DNA of 64,000 nucleotides. Source: Eledone cirrhosa. Taxonomy: Eukaryota. Below are positions 55,167-64,000 of this stretch, in pieces. The position numbers and the translations under genes were made by a program. Location of the stretch: assembly GCA_964016885.1 (NCBI GenBank), contig OZ024750.1, positions 7,998,001 to 8,062,000 of the forward strand, in the 5' to 3' direction. The notes under the pieces were generated by a model. The model made no database searches and was not told the origin of the DNA. It worked only from the letters and a program-made list of their open reading frames with translations. Each line of letters opens with the position of its first letter. Positions within the stretch are counted from its first letter, which is position 1.

Positions 55167-55470
55167 GTGGGAAATCGATATCATTGTCAATAATTACGAT
55201 CCGACTAAGATGTCGGTTGACGCGTGAACTCCTGGGTTTCAATTCCTCGTTGATGTAATTAACTTCAGTTACGCTACAAACACATAGAAGTCCTTCAAAT
55301 GTGCTCCGAATGAAGGGCCCGCAGGGTAAGACAAGAGAAGAACCTAAGAGGAGGATTTAGTACATCTATTCTGGTACTTCATACTTAATATGAATTAACA
55401 GATTAAAGTTTAAGCAAAGAATCGCTTAACGGGATTTGAAACTATTTTTGTCTTCACATTTATTATTATT

Positions 55471-55511
<41 letters not shown>

Positions 55512-55545
55512 ATAATAATAAATTTGAAGACTAAAATCCCAATAT

Positions 55546-55614
<69 letters not shown>

Positions 55615-58514
55615 TGTGTGTGGTTATACAAATGAAGGAAGTCAACAATGTAATAGGGGGTTGATACCTTATAGATCTACACTACACACACGCACACACA
55701 ATATCTATATATATACATACATACATATGGGTATTGATTCTACCACCAAATTAACGTGTAAGTTGTTGAGTAATCTGAAGCAATGCTAGAGAATATATGA
55801 CAAAAATGGACCCTTGTATTACCGACACAAGTCAGTAGATGGACTTGCACACAGTTTGCATTTATCTATTTTACTCACAGGGCTTGTTTCTACCCAATTT
55901 CCCTCATATATGCAATGTTATAGCTAAGATACACGCCAAGTTCGAAGATGGCACGCACTGACATTGGATCGCTAACTTCGAGATGACAAAGACAATTACC
56001 TACCACGCATTCATACATGTGTCCACCAAGTGCAATAATATATAGAGAAACGATTTACAGGATTAAAATCCTAAACGCTACTTGGATCTTAATTTACCTA
56101 AAAGGATTAATTTGAAAATGAATTATTCAGATGTTAGATTAAGGATAGCATAATCGAATTTAAGTCATTATCTTCTAACTCATAATAAACGAAATACGCC
56201 TTGCGATAGTTAACAATATTTTCCTTCAAATTACATAGAAAAATTACTCTCCACTGTTACAAGATTTAGAATTTCTCCAAATATTTTCCATATCAAAAAC
56301 CTTGTTCTTAATAATGACTACGTGCTAACCGGAGATAACAAAGAAACTAAATAAAATGTTTACGTAATCTGTGTTGCTCCAATCAGAATTGTTTTAAAGA
56401 TCTTAATAGAAGTATCTTTTAAATGTTTATTTTAATATTTTAACTTCAAAATTGTTAAAATGTAATTGCCAATGTTATCGATTTTTAATGTTAACTGACT
56501 GTATATAACAGATAATTAAAACATTAAAACAAAATCGAGTATTGATAGAAATTCGGTATAGTTTTAATTTGACGGTAATCAAATCTATTTTCCTATTCTA
56601 TTCTCTTGCAAATATGTAAAATGTTAATTTGAAACCATCAAAATACAATTTAATAAATGCATCAACATTTGATTTCGATATCATTTGACATTCAAAACCA
56701 CTTCTGTTACACATTCATTGAATAAGGTTATATTTTCTCACCTCCTATGAATCAATTAAGTGAAACAGGCTTGTTACGTTTGCACTGAGCGTTTCCTATT
56801 ACACTCAATAAACTATTCACATTTAAAAGCTTGTTGCTCTTAATTTTTCAATCAATATCAATCCAAAGATTTTAATCCAACATTATTAATGTTTGTTCCA
56901 TCGTTATAACGCAATTTCCATTTCCTTAAAACGTTAGTCTTCTATTTTTCATGTAACAACTTATTTATAGTCATTGATTGACAACTATGAATAGTACTGC
57001 TGAACTGCTCACTAGACATTTATTTAAATGTAGTAAAAATCTAATATAGCCGAAGAATGGACAGATTTTCTGGCCCTGCAAGGGTGACTGGCTTCCTTAT
57101 TAGTACAGCTATGGCTTTCTGTGTTTCAAATATTATCCTGTAGCAAACCTGTCTCCCTCTCTCTCTCCCCACTTAGATTGTCCATGCTTGCAATCTGAAC
57201 ATCAACTACATTGGTTTCTCCAGTCTAAGAGGGCCAGAAAATATCTTGGGAAATGTCTTTTCTTCTTCATAAAGAAGTTGAAGAAATGCCCCTCTGTTCT
57301 CAAGCAACGAATTATTTGGCCCACTCATTTCCACACAGCATTTATAGATAGAATTAACTACTAAATCGTGATCTTCCAGTATATATATTTCATTAATTAG
57401 CAGTGCTTAGCTAAAATCTACTTACATTATTTTTATAGTCATTTTCTAATTCTTTTATGATAAAATATATTGATACGATGTACGTTTGTGGCAAATTGTA
57501 CACTATATAGTATCTAAATATACCTGAAAGAGTCATGTGCACGTATGGTGTGTATGCTTGCATGTACATGTTATTACATATAAGAATCTAAGGAAATAAA
57601 CAAAGATCATATCTGAGTGCTCGTCCTCTCATTTCTTCTGTTAGGACTTTGGGCATAACACTGATCCCTTTTAGTCTCAGTATATCATCACATCGGTTAA
57701 TTTACTACATCCGATTTATACCAGATTTTGTCGTCGTGTTTTCTTTTTGCATATATTATTTGATACATACATGAGAATTTACGACGACCTTACTTTAGAT
57801 ATCTATCGCTTCAGTGAATAGTAATTATTCTCAATTTTTTAGCACCTCTGATTTTAAAATAGATAATGGATACGTTTGAAAAGAGGGTCTGTAAGAATAC
57901 GTTGGGATAATCGATGAGACGTGAAAACAAAATACTTAAACGTGGGATTGAATAATTTAAAGAAATACTTTGATGTTTGAATTCAAATGTTGAAATTAGT
58001 TTAACAATTTGTTACTGTTGATTCATCTTATCATCCGCATAGCTCAAGATTTTCTAAATTAACGATTTTTCTCTTAGATGAAAACGTAACAGTCAACATT
58101 GGGCTCTATGTTTCCGGAAAGTATATTTAGCATTTGAAAACAACCGATATCAGATGAAGATATATTGAAATTTCAGAGGGGAGGTATTGTTGGTTTATGT
58201 CGTTTAAATCGCGAATTATGTTTATCAAAGTAATCTTAATAGTATTGGCAAACGTCCAGCTAACTGTTATATTTCAATTATCATATAATTCTCAATATGT
58301 ATCGAACCTAAGTATTTAAGAGTTTCACATCAAAGAGAGACCAGGAAATTGGGTTAGTGTAAATATAGAAATGAATAGGTATAACTGAGATCACAAGTTT
58401 AAATACACATACATTGATTATGTAAAGCATTCAAGAAAACGAAGCAGATCGTGAAGCTATTCAAAATAATAAGCTCTTCAAGTGGATAAGTTATGTATGA
58501 CATTACTATACATG

Positions 58515-58600
58515 AAAAGTACCAGTAATGCACTGGAGTCAATTTAATCGAGTTTCCCTTCCCCCCATATTGCTGACCTTGTGCCTATAGTAGAAATTAT
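58515..58600 (+). mobile_element. SINE family A 3' fragment
   Basis: aagtaccagtaatgcactggagtcaatttaatcga...ccttgtgcctatagtagaaa. Confidence 0.75.
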
Positions 58601-59838
58601 TATTATACGTGAATGGACTGCTGGTATTATCTTAATTTAGTTGATAGAAATCTACAAATTAAAGTAACCAGTGTTGAGGGTTTTTGAGAGATCATGTTTA
58701 GTAAAGTATAAAACTGTTTATTTAATTTGAAGAGATAGCTTTCAAACAAGCCACCTGAGAATATATGTTGTAATGTCTAGACGAATATGTACAGAGAATA
58801 GCCAGCTGTGTCTATTTCTAAACATTAACGTTTGGAGACGACTACAATATTATAGTCTCAGCAATAGTCTCTAGTTGTAAATATCAAATTCACGAAGGTA
58901 TGTGTCGTATACATTTATAAATACATATAATATTGAACATTTAAGTTTTTGTGAATATCTCGCATGTTTCTTAAAAGAGGAAATTATTTTCGATGTCCAC
59001 GTTCAATATAAATGTTACTTCTTACATATGACTTAGTATTTCTCTTCAGTACATATGTGGATTTTCGGTCCAACTTTAACTTGCAACCTTATGGATAAAA
59101 GAAAGTTACCGTCGGACAGACCCGCCAATTTAGTGGTTGATATATAAAAGACGATACATTCTTGGTTGAAGCTTAACCTGGAGTTAAGAAACTTCCACAG
59201 TATCAATTAAGGGAAAGCTAGGACAAACATTAACTTAATATTGAAATGAAAAATGTGAGCAAAATAGGTTTAGTTTTTTCTTTTGTAAATTAGATAACAA
59301 ATACAATTTCTTGCATTATCTTCAGTCGTTTTTCAAATAAAAAAAAAAAAACTATTAAAAAAAAAAACTTCAAGATTTACTATTTGTAACTTCTCACTTG
59401 GATGGATTTCTATAAAACGCAATTAGTTCCTATAGCCACTAAAGCTAATCATTTTACTCCAGCTTTACACAAATCTTCATTATAGATAACTGTATTCATT
59501 ATCTTTCATCAAGCCATTATTTCTTCGCACATATTACAAGACGCCAAAGGCTCTTGACATGAAAATGCATTTTCTGACTGATAAGTTCTATTTTTTCATC
59601 GAGTTATTCTAACATTATCTTCCGGGATAACTCAGGCATCCTTAATGCACGGCAATCATGTCTGCTTTATGAAAATACACCAATATATATTTCACAATTT
59701 TAGGTTCGATAACCTATACACAAAACAAGATTCAACGCAGACGTTTTAGTTGTTGTTGTTGTTATTGTTACTGCTGCTGAAAGCTGACAGTTAATAGATT
59801 GTTATCAATTGCTTGCCACAGCGTCTCTAAATATCCAG

Positions 59839-59990
59839 TCAGGCATTATGTCTTTAACATAAGGAACAATCCATCATTTGCTATAAGGCTGTTTACCAAC
59901 TATAATTACGTCCTCTCAAAAAGCAATGGCCAAGGGGATAAACGTGAAAAAACAAAGTCGAAGACAGCTGATCATTCAAGGACATTTACG
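59839..59990 (+). CDS. Weak candidate exon (VRHYVFNIRNNPSFAIRLFTNYNYVLSKSNGQGDKREKTKSKTADHSRTFT)
   Basis: Non-repetitive open frame; modest acceptor atatccag (phase 1) and donor ACG|gtgact. Confidence 0.2.
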
Positions 59991-60144
59991 GTGACTTAAC
60001 GTCCAGCCAGGAACACGAAATATTAAATTATATATACAGATATTGTCACAGTTACGGATGTGAACTTAAATGAATCTGAATATATCGTGCATGTATATAA
60101 ACGAACAATTTGCAATACCAAAATGTTGATATACCTATTACCTC

Positions 60145-60272
60145 GGCGGCGAATTGGAAGAGTTGTTAGAAACTCAAAGAAAATGTTTTGTGGTTTTCAT
60201 TTTGACTCTTTGCTCGTCTCAGTTCAATTCCCGCTGAGGTCGACAAAACATCTACCAGTCAAATACTGGGGT
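60145..60272 (+). mobile_element. SINE family A, diverged copy
   Basis: ggcggcgaattggaagagttgttag...cagttcaattcccgctgaggtcgac...taccagtcaaatactgggg. Confidence 0.6.
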
Positions 60273-60503
60273 AGATTCTTCCTCTATATCTCATTCTCAC
60301 TTTCTCTCTCTAACTTTTATTTTTCTCTGGAAGAAATTTTCTGTGTTGCCGCCTGGATAGGAGATGGGCTCATCCAGATTTCATAATGTCCCTATGGCTC
60401 CCTTGGGTGTTACAAGAGCATGCATGCATTAGCATGGCGATTAAGGGATGTTTAATTTGAAAGGTTATGTAGATGTTACAGGTTCAATATTAGATATAAT
60501 ATT

Positions 60504-60695
60504 AGGGTGGTGGATTGGCAGTATCGGTAGAGGGCCTGATGCCATGCTTTGCAGCAAAGAGTTACGGCCTGTTATTGACTGAGTTCAAATCCTGTCAAGG
60601 TTAACTTTGCCTTTCATCCTTACGGGGTCGATAAAATAAAGTACCAGTAATACGCTGAGATAATTTCTGGCATTGTGCCAAAAGTAGAAACAATA
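60504..60695 (+). mobile_element. SINE family A, full length
   Basis: agggtggtggattggcagtatcggtagaggg...gcctttcatccttacggggtcgataaaataaagtaccag. Confidence 0.9.
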
Positions 60696-61597
60696 TTAAA
60701 TATTAGATCACAGTATTTTCTAAACAAATTCAGCCGTTTAAGTAACTCTGTTTTACTGAAATACATTTATTGGCGAAACTAAGAAACAGACACGATGCAA
60801 CAGCGTGAAGTTGATGACCATTACCACAACACAATGTGAAAGCCCCAGAAAAGTATATATATATATTACAAATGATTTGTTTATAGAATCAAATCAATTA
60901 TTTCCCTGAATACTTTTCTGGTGTTAATTTTTTTCTAAGCATTTCCTCTTCTCTAGTCAAAGAAGGCCCTTTAATGGTGAAGATATATTGTCATAGCTTT
61001 CAACTTGTTACTTATCAATTGATGAGGAGCTCCCGTTCATATTATCTTTATCTCGGCATCTTTGTCTTTAGCAATACATTGAGCAACAAGATGAATAAGA
61101 GAATACAAGAACATTTCTGATGAGGAGATGAACGAATTTAGAAACGGCAAAATGTATTTTGCTTAGATTATGATTGTCACCGTGGAGAAAGCATATAAAT
61201 GCCTTTTATAGACAATGAATGACCAAAAATATTTCAAAATCATGTAGAAAATAATGCCATAACTCAGTACTGTAAAATCGATATTCTGACTTCCGCTGTT
61301 TAAACTTTATCTCGTTTACCTACTATCTTATCAATATATTTCAATGAACAGAAACATTGTTATTTCCATGGTTTATGATGCATCAGATCCTCACATTATA
61401 CATTATAAATATAAATGGACTGCAATACGCCAACAACGTTATACTCTACGGGGGGTGGATGTATGAAGTTCCTTGACCTGCAATAAATAATAGCCAAATC
61501 CACTTTTAGTGTTGTCATATATATATAATGGAAACTGTAGTCCCTAGTGTATACAAAGAGGGGATAGTCACGTCTAGAACATTTCCTTTCATACCCA

Positions 61598-61860
61598 TTC
61601 TCTCTCCCTCTCTCTGTCTCTGTCTGTCTCTCTGTCTCTCTCTGTCTCTCTCTCTCTCCCTCTCTCCCTCTGTCTCTCTCTGTCTCTCCCTCTCTCCCTC
61701 TCTATGTCTCCCTCTCTCTCTCTCTGTCCCCCCTATCTCTCTCTATGCCCCCCCCCCCATATCTCTATCTCTCCCCCTATCTCCTCCCCCCTATATCTCT
61801 CTCTCCCCCGTATCTATTTCTCTCTCTCTTTCTCTTTCTCTTTCTCTTTCTCTCTCTCTC
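61598..61860. repeat. CT-rich low-complexity tract
   Basis: Direct inspection. Confidence 0.9.
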
Positions 61861-62111
61861 TGCATACATCCGACTGGCTTTCATATAGATTCCATTTCTA
61901 AAATGTTACACCACAAAGGGATGGTTGACTCGAGATATGTGATAGCAGATATTTGCCAAGGTGTCGCTCAATGATGTTCATCTTTTAACCACGTGTTTTC
62001 AAACAAACTTGTTACTCCGTTCAATAGGTAAAATGTTAGAAGAATCAATACGAAATGAAATAATATCTGGAATAGAAGAGTGCTTTACACTTTGTAAATC
62101 GTAAAGCTGTA

Positions 62112-62198
62112 AATATTGGGTCGTCAAGTATGAAGTTTGTAGAAATTTGTTTTTGTTCTAGAAATTTCTACAAATTTCATACTTGATGACCCAATATT
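62112..62198. repeat. Inverted repeat, ~37-bp arms
   Basis: aatattgggtcgtcaagtatgaagtttgtagaaattt ... aaatttctacaaatttcatacttgatgacccaatatt. Confidence 0.85.
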
Positions 62199-63094
62199 AA
62201 TTGTTTTAGTCTTTCACAGACTCTGTCTTTTTGAAAGCCTCAATCTCAACTGTATTTCTTTATATAATGCTGTTGTGACTTTTCCCTATTGTGAATTCTG
62301 ATAAGAAGTAACCGTAAACATCTGGAACACTACACCCCCATCACCTCCAGTCCCTGCTAATTCCAGCTGCAGTCATTCTCATTTCATTCTCCTGGCCGAC
62401 AACTATTCTCACTTCGAATTGATTTTTACCATTTTCCTCCCAATTATTCTAATCTTTGCCATTCCCAAATTTCAGTCAATATTGTTAAATTCTAACTTTA
62501 TTTTCTACATTTGTAATCATAAAAACATCAGACACTAAAATTACACAACATCATTCTAATATTTTCCAATCATGTGATCATACTGATTTTTCAATTAACG
62601 TTTTGTTGCAAATCATACAAGGATTTTATTTTTAAATATAGAGTTAATAATTGCTGTAAGGTGATATCTAAAATATCAACCGATTTTAAAATTACTTCAT
62701 ATTCTCCAACATTTGTGGCTGTGTGGTGTTTCACAAATTCGACACCAACCTTTACGTGTTTGTCATTATGGTCACGATTTTTCCTTCAAAATTTTACATT
62801 AAGAATAGAAGTGAAATAAATGATAATCTATTGATTTCTGCTTTAGAATGTTCTGCCTTCAAAATGTATTATCACTGAAATATAATAACCTAGAAATGTC
62901 AGGAAAGACCATAATGTAAAATTGTAATTTCTATACAACACATTTGAATCAAGAGATCACACACGTCAATGTTTTTTTCCTTCTGACTATGTATTCAAGC
63001 ATATATATATAATATATATATATATATATAAATATTTAAATACATACATATACATACATATATATATATATATATGTGTGTGTATATATATATA

Positions 63095-63139
<45 letters not shown>

Positions 63140-63464
63140 GATAGAAAGTCTATGTATTTGATGTGAGAAACGTGAAGTCTTTAAGAAATATTAAGCAGAT
63201 GTCGAGCGAACGTACACAAACAGTTATTTTATTGACGAGAAAATGGATGTCAACCTCCTTCTGGATCTTACGCTACTGCTGTTCGGCTTACGTGTCACCT
63301 ACAGCCATGCTGGTCAGGAGTCTTAGACAGCATGGCATATGTGACTCGAAAAGTCGTGTGAGTCAGAAATCAGCAACAGAATAAAAAGACATTCCCCACC
63401 GCAAGATTATAGAGAATCTGAGAAGGCAGTATGTGTGTATAATATATATATATATATATTTATG

Positions 63465-63500
<36 letters not shown>

Positions 63501-63502
<2 letters not shown>

Positions 63503-63692
63503 CAAAGGAATTGTGGTAAGGAACCAGATGGACCATAACGCACCAGAGTACTCAATACTTAGGGTAGTAGAGTGGGAAATAGGAAAAAGTAAGACCCCCG
63601 ACGGCAGAGCTCAAGCCGTTTCGACGGATATTTCTGGACAGAAATAGCCGTCGGAACGGCTTGAGCTCTGCCGTCTGGGTCATACTTTTTCC

Positions 63693-63695
<3 letters not shown>
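63501..63695 (-). mobile_element. Family H copy with ~117-bp fold-back (63579-63695)
   Basis: Axis tttctg-ga-cagaaa (63631-63644); minus strand GAAAC 63622-63618, GUC triplet 63602-63600; (TA)n both sides. Confidence 0.9.
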
Positions 63696-63723
<28 letters not shown>

Positions 63724-63766
63724 GTGTGTGTGTGTGTGTGTGTGTGTGTGAGAAATGTATAAATAT

Positions 63767-64000
63767 TTATGAAATATATATATAGATATATTTATGTGTG
63801 TGTATGAAATATATATATATATATATGTGTGTATGTGTATGAAATATATATATATATTTATGTGTGTGTATGAAATATATATGTTTATATGTGTGTGTTT
63901 GAAATATATATATATATTTAGGTGTGTGTGTATGAAATGTATATATGTTTATGTGTGTGTGTGTATGAAATATATACATATATATATATATTTAGGTGTG
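63767..64000. repeat. Compound minisatellite (ATGAAATATATA...TTTATGTGTGT)n
   Basis: Direct inspection. Confidence 0.9.

Noticed and set aside
61111-61156. CTGATGA...GAAAC with ACATTT/AAATGT helix I
   Set aside because: Helix II does not pair, the triplet is GCA rather than NUH, and there is no TA flank; at best a dead relic.

Overview
AT-rich eukaryotic DNA, most likely intronic/intergenic sequence of an octopod cephalopod, judged by eye from its tRNA-derived SINE families and very high (TA)n/(CA)n/(GA)n density. There is no prokaryotic gene structure and no CRISPR array, and almost every supplied ORF is a microsatellite artefact. Coding content is limited to a few candidate spliced exons: minus strand near 2.4-4.6 kb and 28.4 kb, plus strand at 50.2 kb, 55.1 kb and possibly 59.9 kb. 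Interspersed repeats include SINEs, Tc1/mariner MITEs and RTE-type LINE remnants. The most striking signal is at least 8 families of short non-coding elements, mostly inside (TA)n tracts, carrying hammerhead-ribozyme (HHR) cores or half-cores (CTGANGA...GAAA...NUH), as known for Penelope-like element (PLE) pseudo-LTRs. One copy (20094-20149, minus) folds as a complete minimal type I HHR. Many of these elements are fold-back palindromes. In two families the fold-back axis sits at the putative HHR helix II, suggesting hairpin-primed second-strand synthesis. All calls are by eye; no searches were run.
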